In this document: piece after piece, positions 20,222 to 29,610 of the stretch
Layout of the letters: the number at the start of each line of letters is the position of its first letter
How positions within the stretch are numbered: the first letter of the stretch is position 1
DNA from: Bacteroidales bacterium
GTDB lineage: Bacteria > Bacteroidota > Bacteroidia > Bacteroidales > UBA3663
DNA length: 64,000 nt
Assembly (NCBI GenBank): GCA_045627785.1
Contig: JAZQOF010000004.1
Span: 117,948-181,947 of the forward strand
Reading direction: 5' to 3'
Notes under the pieces: generated by a model
Databases searched by the model: none
What the model saw: the letters and a program-made list of their open reading frames with translations, nothing else
Told to the model about the DNA's origin: nothing
Translations under genes and position numbers: made by a program

Positions 20222-22786
20222 ATGAATGTATATCTTAGAAATTCATTGTTTGGAATAATAGGCTTTTCTTTGGTTTATTTTCCTGCATCTTATCTTATTT
20301 CAAAATATGTTGATATTGAGATAAAGATTAATTCGGCTAAAGAAATAGAATATAATAGCGGAAAACTATTGTTTACTCCAATTGCAGAGAATGCTGTTAG
20401 GGTTCAATATGTCAAAGAACATAAATACGATTTGCCGGATGAATGGTTGTATCCAGAGTTGAATGTTGTAAAAAGCAATGTGGCTGTAAAGATTGATAAA
20501 GAAACTGGTAAGGTAAAGTTTATTTATAAGGATCAAGTTGCTGAAGTGTTGCTTCATGAATTGGAAGAGACAACAGTTCAGGATAAAGATGCTTATAAAG
20601 CAAAGATAGTTCTCAATTCTGACGAAGATGAATACTTAACTGGTCTTGGTCAGTTCCAGGACGGAATTGGAAACTTGCGTGGCGTAACGCGTCGATTGAC
20701 ACAAGTCAATACTCAGATTTCTATTCCATTCCTTCTTTCCAATAAAGGATATGGATTGTTATGGAATAATTATGGACTTGTAGACTTTAATCCTTCGACC
20801 GATTCAATAAAGATGATAAGGGTCGATGAAGAGGGGGTGAAGCAGGTAGTTAATGTCACTTCAACTGAAGGAACTAAAAAAGAGTTGCGTCAAAGCAATA
20901 AGTTCAGCACTGAAATCAATATAGAAGAAGAGGGAGAATATGCAATACTTCTTGATGTCGGACAGAGTATGGCACGTCGTCATAATCTTTCTATTGATGG
21001 AAATGAGATTGTAGATGTTCGAAATGTATGGCTTCCACCTACAACATCAGTAAATGTTAATTTGACAGCAGGCTCTCATACGTTTGTGTCAGAACTTAGC
21101 AATGGCGACGAGCCTGTAATATATTATAGAAGGGTTGATGGTAGTACGACGTTGTCTTCTCCTGTAGCCGATAAGGTAGATTATACATTGTTCTTCGGTA
21201 ATGCTGATGAGATCATATCTTCATATCGTAATGTCACAGGAAACTCTCCAATGATGCCTATTTGGGCGTTAGGATATACTCATTGCCGTGAACGATATCA
21301 TTCATCTGCTGAGATTATTGAGAATGTAAAAATCTTCCGCGAAAAAGAAATGCCAATCGATGTCATCGTTCAGGACTGGCAATGGTGGGGTAAGTATGGA
21401 TGGAATGCTATGAAGTTCGATGAGGAGTTTTATCCGGATCCTTCTGCTTTGACTTCCGAATTACATGATTCCCTCAATATGCGTCTTATGTTATCTGTTT
21501 GGTCTAAGATTGATGATAACTCAGATCTTGGTAAACAGATGCAGAAAGATGGATATTATATACCTGGAACTACATGGATAGATTTCTTTAATCCAAATGC
21601 AGCACAGGCTTATTGGAAGAATTTCAGCGAGAAACTGCTTGTTCACAATGTTGATGCTTGGTGGCAAGATGCAACTGATCCGGAAAATGATGATCTTGTT
21701 GGCAGAAAAGTTGCTGATGGTGCTTATGCAGGAGAATTGGTTCGTAATGTCTATCCTTTGTTAGTTAGTAAGACTGTTTATGAAGGTTTGCGCAAAGATG
21801 ATCCTGAACGTCGAGCTATGATATTGACGAGAAGTGGTTTCCCTGGTATTCAACGATATGGATCTACACTATGGTCAGGAGATGTCGGAAATGATTGGGA
21901 GACACTACGCAGACAGATTGTAGGTGGTCTAGGTCTTATGGCAGCAGGACATCCTTGGTGGACATACGATGCTGGTGGATTCTTCCGTCCTTGGGAAAAT
22001 CAATATCAGGATAAGGATTATATAGAACGATTGATACGCTGGGTTGAATGTGCGACATTCCTTCCTTTGATGCGTATTCACGGTTATATGAGTGATACTG
22101 AACCATGGCGTTATGGTAATGAGGCTGAGCGAATTATTAAGTCTCAATTGGAGCTTCGCTATCGTCTTCTTCCCTATATCTATAGTGCTGCTTCCGAAGT
22201 TACTCGTAACGGTAGTACATTGATGCGTCCTCTTGTCTTCGATTTTCCACAGGATGCTGAAGCATTAACCTGTGATACACAGTTTATGTTTGGTAAGTCT
22301 TTCCTTGTTTGTCCTGTTACTTGTAGTTTGAACGAATCTTCCAAGCAATATCTGCCTGTGTCAGATCCTGGTTGGTATGATTTCTATACCAATAAGTTCT
22401 ATAGTGGAGGACAGACTATTTCATCCGAAAGTTCAATTGAGACTATTCCAGTCTTCGTAAAAGCAGGTGGCATCGTTCCTATGGGTCCTGTAAAGCAATA
22501 TGCAATGCAGAAGTCTGAGGAACCTCTTGAAATCAGAATTTATTCTGGTGCAGATGCGACTTATACACTTTACGAAGATGAAGGAGATAACTACAACTGT
22601 GAAAACGGAGCTTTCTCTCTGATTAAATTCTCATGGAATGAAAAGGATCATAAACTTACTATTTCCGATAGAGAAGGTAAATTTGATGGAATGCTGGACA
22701 CTCGTCAGTTTAAGGTTATAGTCATTGGCAACGGCGACATAGTAACAAAGGATGTGGATTATAACGGTGAGAAGATAATCATTTGA
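20222..22786 (+). CDS. Glycoside hydrolase family 31 (alpha-xylosidase/alpha-glucosidase type)
   Basis: 854 aa. GH31 catalytic region with VDAWWQDATDPE and RSGFPGIQRYGSTLWSGDV. N-terminal signal anchor. Confidence 0.85.
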   Translation: MNVYLRNSLFGIIGFSLVYFPASYLISKYVDIEIKINSAKEIEYNSGKLLFTPIAENAVRVQYVKEHKYDLPDEWLYPELNVVKSNVAVKIDKETGKVKFIYKDQVAEVLLHELEETTVQDKDAYKAKIVLNSDEDEYLTGLGQFQDGIGNLRGVTRRLTQVNTQISIPFLLSNKGYGLLWNNYGLVDFNPSTDSIKMIRVDEEGVKQVVNVTSTEGTKKELRQSNKFSTEINIEEEGEYAILLDVGQSMARRHNLSIDGNEIVDVRNVWLPPTTSVNVNLTAGSHTFVSELSNGDEPVIYYRRVDGSTTLSSPVADKVDYTLFFGNADEIISSYRNVTGNSPMMPIWALGYTHCRERYHSSAEIIENVKIFREKEMPIDVIVQDWQWWGKYGWNAMKFDEEFYPDPSALTSELHDSLNMRLMLSVWSKIDDNSDLGKQMQKDGYYIPGTTWIDFFNPNAAQAYWKNFSEKLLVHNVDAWWQDATDPENDDLVGRKVADGAYAGELVRNVYPLLVSKTVYEGLRKDDPERRAMILTRSGFPGIQRYGSTLWSGDVGNDWETLRRQIVGGLGLMAAGHPWWTYDAGGFFRPWENQYQDKDYIERLIRWVECATFLPLMRIHGYMSDTEPWRYGNEAERIIKSQLELRYRLLPYIYSAASEVTRNGSTLMRPLVFDFPQDAEALTCDTQFMFGKSFLVCPVTCSLNESSKQYLPVSDPGWYDFYTNKFYSGGQTISSESSIETIPVFVKAGGIVPMGPVKQYAMQKSEEPLEIRIYSGADATYTLYEDEGDNYNCENGAFSLIKFSWNEKDHKLTISDREGKFDGMLDTRQFKVIVIGNGDIVTKDVDYNGEKIII

Positions 22787-22814
22787 TTGTCTTCCCGTTA
22801 ATAAGCATATGCTT

Positions 22815-23729
22815 TTATTTTCCTTTGTTGATTATATAAATTCCAAGCGTAGCTAATCCTCCTGCTATTACGTATTTCCAATAGAATGTTTCGTTAAGGC
22901 AGAGGCAAGATGTTACAGCACCTACTACAGGTATAAGTGAGTTGTATATTGTTATCTTGCCCACAGGATTACATGTCAACAATTTATTATAAAGCGTAAA
23001 GCCTATAGTTGATATACTGATCAGGCAAAGAAGAATAATACATCCGACGAATGTAATGTTTGGCAATGTTCCTCCTGCCATTAAGCCGGGAATGATAAGC
23101 AAAGCACCTCCAATTGCTAGACTATAACCGGTACCAACAAAGACATTGATTCGTTTGTTGAGTCCTCTGGTCATAAGTGATGCAAGTGCCGAACTTAAAG
23201 CGTTGAGTATTATCATACCATCGCCAAGCCAAGTGAATTGTCCGCTTTCTGCTCCTCCAAGATTAAGTGCGAGGATTCCTGTAAAGCCTAAGATTACACC
23301 AACTATCTTGTTGATTGTCATCTTGTCACTCTTGAAGAAAAGACAAGCAAGGATAACAACAGAAAAGACGCTTAGCGAATTGAGGATTGCTGCTCTCGAT
23401 CCTTCGCTGTGAGATAGTCCGAAATAGAAAAAGGCATAGTGAAAAGTGGTATTGAAAAGTGCAAAGATAAGGATGTACCACCAGTCGGAAGTCTTTCTAA
23501 CAGCAAATGAACGCTTGGAGTGTAGCGCTACAGAAAGTATTATGATTCCTGAAAAGAAAAATCTGATTCCGGCAAACAGCATTTTGCTTCCAGTCATTTC
23601 TGGTGTAATGCCGAATTCCGCGAATCCGAGTTTTATGAAAGGATATGCCCATCCCCAGAGGATTGCTGCCGTTAGTGCAAATATTGAAACCCAAACGGGA
23701 CGCTGAAATATACTAGTCTTTTGCTCCAT
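22815..23729 (-). CDS. DMT superfamily (EamA-like) transporter
   Basis: About ten TM helices in two EamA-like halves. I trimmed the track ORF (22815..23921) to the internal Met MEQKTSIF at 23729. The longer form would overlap the GH43 start and cover its own TATCTTTG -7 box. Confidence 0.8.
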   Translation of the reverse strand: MEQKTSIFQRPVWVSIFALTAAILWGWAYPFIKLGFAEFGITPEMTGSKMLFAGIRFFFSGIIILSVALHSKRSFAVRKTSDWWYILIFALFNTTFHYAFFYFGLSHSEGSRAAILNSLSVFSVVILACLFFKSDKMTINKIVGVILGFTGILALNLGGAESGQFTWLGDGMIILNALSSALASLMTRGLNKRINVFVGTGYSLAIGGALLIIPGLMAGGTLPNITFVGCIILLCLISISTIGFTLYNKLLTCNPVGKITIYNSLIPVVGAVTSCLCLNETFYWKYVIAGGLATLGIYIINKGK

Positions 23730-23805
23730 GTTTTCTATAATTGTTGCAAAGATAGCAAAAACATAGGAATTAATATCATTTATAATAACTAATAATTTTG
23801 AAAAT

Positions 23806-25515
23806 ATGAGGAAACTAACACTTTTACTTCTGTTTTTGTCAGTCTCTTTTGGCATCCGTGCAGTTGAGACATACAGAAATCCTGTAATCAATGCTGATGT
23901 GCCGGATATCAGTGTGTGCAAGGTTGCTGATACATATTATATGATCAGTACAACAATGCATCTTATGCCTGGTGCACCAATTATGAAGTCGAAGGATATG
24001 ATTAATTGGGAAGTTATCAGCTATGTCTTTGATAGAATCGACGATGGTCCACGTTACAATCTTGAAGGCGATGCTACCGTTTATGGTCAAGGTCAATGGG
24101 CTTCGAGCATAAGATATCATATGGGTAAATTCTATGTGTGGTTTACTGCGAATGGTGCTCCTGGTAAGGGATTTGTGTATACAGCTGATAGGGCAGAAGG
24201 CCCTTGGACTCTTGTTGCACGTCCTCCTCACATGCACGATGGTTCGATTTTCTTTGATGAAGACGGTAAGATTTATATGTTCGCAGACTATGATAGGTTG
24301 CGTGAATTGGATCGTAATACATTCCTGCCTATTGAAGGAACTGAGGTCAAACTTTTCGAACGTGACGAATCTGAGATTGGAGCTTTGCTCGAAGGAATGT
24401 CGGTAATTAAGCATAATGGCAAATATTATATCTGTATGATTTCCATGAAATGGGGCGTTCCTGGACGTGTTCGTCGTGAGGTATGTTATCGTGCAGATAA
24501 TATCGCAGGTCCTTATGAGAAACATGTGATTCTTGAGACTCCATTCGAAAGCTATGGCGGCGTAGGTCAAGGTAGCTTGGTCGGAGATGATCAGAGTGAT
24601 AAGAACTGGTGGGCATTGATCTTCCAGGATCGTGGAGGTATAGGTCGTGTTCCTTGTGCAATGCCTGTTACCTGGATTGATGGTTGGCCAATGTGCGGAG
24701 AATTGAATGATGGGGTAGATCCTAATGATACGGAAGCATGTCTGAATCCAAAGAATTATCATATTCCTAATGACTTGTCAAAGAAACATCCTTCTTTGAG
24801 AGGTTTGATTAATAGTGACGATTTTGATCTTCCTGTTTCTGCTCTGAATAAGATGAACAAAGGCACATATCATGCAAACACTGGACTGAAACTCTACTGG
24901 CAGTGGAATCACAATCCAATTGATGAAGCATGGAGTCTTACCGAACGTGCTGGATACCTTCGTCTTAAGACCGCTAAAGTCGTTGATAATATAAATCTTG
25001 CACCAAATACTCTTACTCAGCGTATGGGTGGTCCTGAATGTACAGGAACTGTTTGTATCGATGTGGCAAATATGAAGGATGGCGATCATGCTGGACTTGC
25101 AGCCTATAATGGAGATAGTGGAGTGCTTCAAGTTGTCAGGAAAGGCGGAAAACTTGTTCTTCAACTTACCGAGGAGAAATCGGTTTTCAAAAGACCTCGT
25201 AATATCGAAAGGGTAGATGTGGAAGTTCTTGAAGAGGTTGCTTTGAATCTCAAGAGCAAGAAAGCAGCTGATACCAGGAAACCTCAACAGCTTATCTGGC
25301 TTAGAGTTCATGGAGACTTTAACGAAAACCGTGATATGGCTTCATTCTCATATAGTACAGATGGCGAGAATTTTGTATCTATAGGAAGAGAGGTGAAAAT
25401 GGTTTTCGACTATCAGCGTCACTTTATGGGAACAAAATTCGCTATCTTCAACTACGCTACAAAAAAGACTGGTGGATATGTTGATGTCGATTCTTTCAAG
25501 TACGATGAGTTCTAA
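23806..25515 (+). CDS. Glycoside hydrolase family 43 (beta-xylosidase/alpha-L-arabinofuranosidase) with C-terminal beta-sandwich domain
   Basis: 569 aa with a signal peptide. N-terminal GH43 propeller motif (YRNPVINADVPDISVCKVADTYYMISTT). C-terminal lectin-like domain. Confidence 0.85.
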   Translation: MRKLTLLLLFLSVSFGIRAVETYRNPVINADVPDISVCKVADTYYMISTTMHLMPGAPIMKSKDMINWEVISYVFDRIDDGPRYNLEGDATVYGQGQWASSIRYHMGKFYVWFTANGAPGKGFVYTADRAEGPWTLVARPPHMHDGSIFFDEDGKIYMFADYDRLRELDRNTFLPIEGTEVKLFERDESEIGALLEGMSVIKHNGKYYICMISMKWGVPGRVRREVCYRADNIAGPYEKHVILETPFESYGGVGQGSLVGDDQSDKNWWALIFQDRGGIGRVPCAMPVTWIDGWPMCGELNDGVDPNDTEACLNPKNYHIPNDLSKKHPSLRGLINSDDFDLPVSALNKMNKGTYHANTGLKLYWQWNHNPIDEAWSLTERAGYLRLKTAKVVDNINLAPNTLTQRMGGPECTGTVCIDVANMKDGDHAGLAAYNGDSGVLQVVRKGGKLVLQLTEEKSVFKRPRNIERVDVEVLEEVALNLKSKKAADTRKPQQLIWLRVHGDFNENRDMASFSYSTDGENFVSIGREVKMVFDYQRHFMGTKFAIFNYATKKTGGYVDVDSFKYDEF

Positions 25516-25640
25516 GGAATCGCTCTTGAATTGGTTGTCGGTTGCTATTTACATTTGTCATTATAACAAATATTGCGCTTCTATAACAGATTAATCTGAT
25601 ATTTGCAGACAAAGCATTTGGAGCAATGCGCATAAACATA

Positions 25641-25648
25641 TATCTTTG
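25641..25648 (+). promoter_or_regulatory. -7 promoter box (TATCTTTG) for tRNA-Asn
   Basis: It matches TAnnTTTG and lies 18 nt upstream of the mature tRNA 5' end. Confidence 0.55.
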
Positions 25649-25665
25649 CGCTTGGTTAATAACCT

Positions 25666-25739
25666 GCTCCAATAGCTCAGTTGGTTAGAGCACATGACTG
25701 TTAATCATGGGGTCGTTGGTTCAAGCCCATCTTGGAGCG
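25666..25739 (+). tRNA. tRNA-Asn (anticodon GTT)
   Basis: Hand-folded cloverleaf. The acceptor stem GCTCCAA pairs with TTGGAGC. The D arm is TAGCTCAGTTGGTTAGAGC. The anticodon stem CATGA/TCATG has loop CTGTTAA. The T arm is GGTTCAAGCCC and the discriminator is G. No CCA is encoded. Confidence 0.92.
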
Positions 25740-25744
25740 CTGAT

Positions 25745-25778
25745 AGAGAGTTACGATTTCGTAGCTCTCTTTTCTTTT
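25745..25778 (+). terminator. Hairpin plus T-tract terminator after tRNA-Asn
   Basis: The sequence is AGAGAGTTACG ATTT CGTAGCTCTCT followed by TTTCTTTTG. Confidence 0.6.
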
Positions 25779-25937
25779 GTGTCTATGCTTGTTTGTTTGA
25801 TTAGACATAGTTAATGTTATTCTGCAAATAGCAAAAACTTATTACTTATGTAATAAAGTATTATTTTCCCTATAATTTAACGGTGTAATTTGTGTATTCG
25901 TTAATTATTGTTTATTTTTGCACGTTAAATTGCATGA

Positions 25938-26675
25938 ATGATGAGATATTTATATCATAAAATAGGAACATATTATGCTTTTGCATTATTCTTCTTTGCA
26001 ATAATGCTATTTGCATGGCCGATGGTTTTCTTCTACAAGACTGTTTGGCCTAACGATGAAAGTAAAAAGCTGCGTTGTCATAATTTTGTCTGCAAGTTCT
26101 TCCGTTGGCTCATAAAACGTGTTCCATTTGCAAAAGTAGAAGCAGATCTTTCAGGAAATGCATTTAAGAAACCTGCTATTGTTATATCGAATCATCAGTC
26201 ACAGATCGACCTTTTGTCTATTCTGATGCTTTCTCCGAAGATTGTAGCTGTTACTAATTCATGGGTTTGGAATTTCCCTGTATATAAGCCTATTCTCAGT
26301 TATCTCGAGTTCTATCCAAATGGAGGAGGCGTAGATAATATGGAAGAGAAATTTGATTCTCTTATTAAACGTGGATATAGTATTCTTATTTTTCCTGAAG
26401 GTACTCGTTCGGCAGATTGTAAGGTGCTAAAATTCCATCGTGGGGCATTTTATCTTGCAGAGAAGTTGCATGCTGATATCTTACCTATTTATCTTGATGG
26501 AGCTGGTAAGGCATTACCTAAGGGTGGTGTTATGCAACGAGAGACTGTTCATGTCAGAATCGGTAATCGAGTTTCTTCGGATGATACATCAATGGGATCA
26601 AATTACCGTGAAATGACAAGAGCTTGGCACAAGCATTATATTGCATACGAAAATAAGGAAATAGACACATTATAA
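25938..26675 (+). CDS. Lysophospholipid (1-acyl-sn-glycerol-3-phosphate type) acyltransferase
   Basis: 245 aa with an N-terminal TM. Acyltransferase motifs are NHQSQIDL (HxxxxD) and FPEGTRS. Confidence 0.8.
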   Translation: MMRYLYHKIGTYYAFALFFFAIMLFAWPMVFFYKTVWPNDESKKLRCHNFVCKFFRWLIKRVPFAKVEADLSGNAFKKPAIVISNHQSQIDLLSILMLSPKIVAVTNSWVWNFPVYKPILSYLEFYPNGGGVDNMEEKFDSLIKRGYSILIFPEGTRSADCKVLKFHRGAFYLAEKLHADILPIYLDGAGKALPKGGVMQRETVHVRIGNRVSSDDTSMGSNYREMTRAWHKHYIAYENKEIDTL

Positions 26676-26678
26676 TAT

Positions 26679-27173
26679 ATGTCAAAAACTTTCTCTGTTG
26701 ATAACCTTATCCTGGATCTTATATCACGCAATCTCTCTATAACATCAATGGAGAGTTGTACATCGGGTATGATAGCATCCATGATTACCGATACACCAGG
26801 TGCTTCGGCGATATTCAAAGGAGGATATGTGACATATAGCAATGAAGCAAAGATTGCAGCAGGTGTACCATCAGAGATCATTTCGACCTATGGAGTATAT
26901 TCTCCTGAATGTGCACAGGCAATGGCAAAGACGGTTCAGGAGAAATTCAATTCTGATATAGCTATTGGTATAACAGGAAACACTGGAAATGTTGATCCTA
27001 ACAATCCTGAAGGTGTTGTCGGAGAGGTGTATTTCTGTATCATATATTCCGGTCAGTCGCATTCATATCATTATTCCTGCGATGTTACCGATAAATCACG
27101 CCACAATATTAAAAAAGAATATTCTATTTACGTTTTCCAACAATTACACAAATTAATTACTTACACTAAATGA
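26679..27173 (+). CDS. CinA C-terminal domain / nicotinamide-nucleotide amidohydrolase (PncC-like)
   Basis: 164 aa with the ESCTSG motif and GGYVTYSNEAK, both typical of the CinA_C family. Confidence 0.8.
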   Translation: MSKTFSVDNLILDLISRNLSITSMESCTSGMIASMITDTPGASAIFKGGYVTYSNEAKIAAGVPSEIISTYGVYSPECAQAMAKTVQEKFNSDIAIGITGNTGNVDPNNPEGVVGEVYFCIIYSGQSHSYHYSCDVTDKSRHNIKKEYSIYVFQQLHKLITYTK

Positions 27174-29392
27174 AAACTCAACTTTTTTATTCGGCTTTGT
27201 TTGCTGTTGCATTGAGTTTTACCGGTTGTGCAGATAAAGGTGCAGAAACAACGGTAAATCCACTTCTCGCAAACGAAGACAAAATCACAGAGATCATCTC
27301 AGGCATGACACTCGAGGAGAAGATCAACATGCTTCATGGAAAGAACATGTTCTCTTCTGCTGGTATTGAGCGTCTTGGCATTGCAGATATCGAGTATGCC
27401 GATGGTCCTTTCGGTATTCGCGAAGAGATGGAGCCTCACAGCTGGAATTCTCTTGGTCTTTCTACTGACTCTGCTACATTCTTCCCAACAGGTTCTGCAT
27501 TGGCTGCAACTTGGAGTCCGGAAATGGCTTATCTTTACGGAAAAGGCATGGCTATCGAAGCTCGACTTCGTGGTAAGGACATGATTCTTGGCCCTGCAAT
27601 GAATATTCAGCGTATCCCAACTGGTGGTCGTACATATGAATATATGAGTGAGGATCCAATGCTCACAGGAGAACTCGCTACTCAATATACTTTAGGTGCA
27701 CAGAATAATGAAGCTGCTGTTTGTCTCAAGCATTATGCCTTGAACAATCAGGAGAACATGCGTGGCTTCGTCAATGTCAATGTTTCTGATCGTGTGATGC
27801 GTGAGATCTATCTGAAGCCATTCGAAGAGGCTGTGCGTCGTGCAAATGCCTATGGTGTTATGGCTGCATATAATAAGGTAGGTGGTTTCTGGTGTTCTGA
27901 GAATGATCTCCTACAGAATAAGATTCTTCGTGATGAATGGGGATTCCGTGGTATTATCATCTCTGACTGGGGTGGAACACATTCTACGGTAGGTGCTGCA
28001 ATGGGTGGTCTTGACGTAGAAATGCCAGGCAATCAATATATGGGTCAGGCTCTTCTCGATTCTGTCAATGCAGGTGTTGTCCCAATGGAAGTTATCGATG
28101 CAAAGGTTCGTAATCTCTTGCGCGTTCGTTTCGCTATTCCTGCCGTTCCTGATTCTTTGAAGAATGTTGTTATGACTTCTCAGCCTGAACAGCAGAAGAT
28201 TGCTTACGAGGTTGCTTCGCGCAGTGTTGTTCTCTTGAAGAATGAAGGTCTTCTTCCAATCTCAAAGGATATTAAGAAGATTGCCGTCATCGGTGATAAT
28301 GCTACTTGCAAGATGGCTAATGGAGGTGTAGGTGCAGGTGTTAAGACTCTCTACGAAGTTACTCCACTTGAAGGTCTTCAGAAGGCATTTGCAGGTACTG
28401 ATGTAGAGATCTGTTTTGCTCAAGGTTATAACCCTGTTATGGCGCGTCCTTGGGGCCCACAGCCGGACTTTAAGGCTGAGGCTAAGAAATATGAGGCTAT
28501 GGCAAAAGAAGCGCTTGAGATCGCTAAGAATGCCGATCTCGTGCTCTTTATCGGTGGTGATAACCGTTGGGTAGAGACAGAAGGTTCTGATCGTGTAGAT
28601 ATGAATTTGAAGTTCGATCAGGAAGGTCTTATCAAGTCTATTGCTGCTGTCAATCCAAATATCGTAACAGTGATTGTTGCTGGTGCTCCTGTTGATCTTC
28701 AGGTCGTTAATCAGGTTTCAAAGAGCCTTGTTTATTCTTGGTTCAATGGTTCAGAAGGAGGAAATGCTCTTACTGACATCCTTACAGGTAAGTTGTCTCC
28801 TTCTGGCAAGCTTCCATTCACTCTCCCTATCAGGCTTGAGGATTCTCCAGCTTATGCTCTTGGTAACTATCCTCAGAAGGTTGAAGATTCTGCAGGCGAC
28901 GTGTTCGTTGATCTTGTAAACAAAGATAAGTTCCGTGCACAGCAGAAGGCTGATGCTGAATACTCGGAAGGTTTGTTTGTCGGATATCGTTGGTTCACAT
29001 CTAAGGATCTTCCTACAATGTATCCATTCGGCTTTGGTTTGTCTTATGCTGACTTCAAGTATTCTGATGTTGCAGCTACAGTTGCAAAGAATGAAATCAA
29101 GGTTACATTTACTTTGGAGAATGCTTCAGATATTGCTGCCGAAGAAGTTGCTCAGGTTTATGTAGGTCGTCCTGCTACTGCTATCGAACGTCCTAAGTAT
29201 GAACTCAAAGGCTTTCAGCGCGTAGCTTTGGCTGGTGGCGAGAAGAAAGCAATGTCAATCTCTATTCCTGTCGAATCACTTCGTCACTGGGACGAAACCA
29301 ACAATGGATGGGCTTTGGAGAAAGGTGCAGTTACAATTTACGTCGGAAATTCTTCAGTAGATCTTCCTTTGACTGCTGATGTAGAAATCTGA
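27170..29392 (+). CDS. Glycoside hydrolase family 3 beta-glucosidase (BglX-like) lipoprotein
   Basis: 740 aa with a lipobox (SFTGC). GH3 motifs are KHYALNNQE and the ISDWGG nucleophile region. A C-terminal Fn3-like domain is present. Confidence 0.9.
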   Translation: MKTQLFYSALFAVALSFTGCADKGAETTVNPLLANEDKITEIISGMTLEEKINMLHGKNMFSSAGIERLGIADIEYADGPFGIREEMEPHSWNSLGLSTDSATFFPTGSALAATWSPEMAYLYGKGMAIEARLRGKDMILGPAMNIQRIPTGGRTYEYMSEDPMLTGELATQYTLGAQNNEAAVCLKHYALNNQENMRGFVNVNVSDRVMREIYLKPFEEAVRRANAYGVMAAYNKVGGFWCSENDLLQNKILRDEWGFRGIIISDWGGTHSTVGAAMGGLDVEMPGNQYMGQALLDSVNAGVVPMEVIDAKVRNLLRVRFAIPAVPDSLKNVVMTSQPEQQKIAYEVASRSVVLLKNEGLLPISKDIKKIAVIGDNATCKMANGGVGAGVKTLYEVTPLEGLQKAFAGTDVEICFAQGYNPVMARPWGPQPDFKAEAKKYEAMAKEALEIAKNADLVLFIGGDNRWVETEGSDRVDMNLKFDQEGLIKSIAAVNPNIVTVIVAGAPVDLQVVNQVSKSLVYSWFNGSEGGNALTDILTGKLSPSGKLPFTLPIRLEDSPAYALGNYPQKVEDSAGDVFVDLVNKDKFRAQQKADAEYSEGLFVGYRWFTSKDLPTMYPFGFGLSYADFKYSDVAATVAKNEIKVTFTLENASDIAAEEVAQVYVGRPATAIERPKYELKGFQRVALAGGEKKAMSISIPVESLRHWDETNNGWALEKGAVTIYVGNSSVDLPLTADVEI

Positions 29393-29395
29393 TTT

Positions 29396-29433
29396 CAGTT
29401 TCTCTCATCGTAGTTCTACGATGAGAGAAACTG
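29396..29433. terminator. Perfect 17-bp hairpin between convergent GH3 and PP2C genes
   Basis: The sequence is CAGTTTCTCTCATCGTA GTTC TACGATGAGAGAAACTG. It starts 4 nt after the GH3 stop. Confidence 0.7.
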
Positions 29434-29610
29434 AGTCTGGGAGTTTCGATCGTTGGGATACGAAGAGTCCTCGGAAAATCCCGAGGACTGATTGACGACC
29501 GTCGAAGAGACTTCCGGACTTCCGTTGGTCTGATCGACGGTTGTCGACATCAACACTTTGTACATTGTGTTGATTCCGACGCGCGTCGATTGGAACAAAG
29601 AGTATTATTA

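Noticed and set aside
23730-23921. N-terminal 64-codon extension of the DMT transporter ORF (track start 23921).
   Set aside because: The extension would overlap the GH43 start (23806) and run across the DMT gene's own TATCTTTG box. The transporter's first TM begins right after the Met at 23729.
23839-24762. A 307 aa ORF on the minus strand inside the GH43 gene.
   Set aside because: It is entirely antisense to a gene with clear GH43 motifs. Its translation is low-complexity (I/T/H/R-rich) with no motif and no promoter context, so it is a shadow ORF. The same reasoning applies to 10621-11157, 13835-14272, 14788-15219, 24778-25311, 40626-41075, 44204-44737, 44843-45559, 50870-51475 and the other short antisense ORFs in the track.
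25666-25739. tRNA-Asn as an integration site for a genomic island.
   Set aside because: No integrase is adjacent, and I saw no direct repeat of the tRNA 3' end elsewhere in the window. The flanking genes are ordinary.
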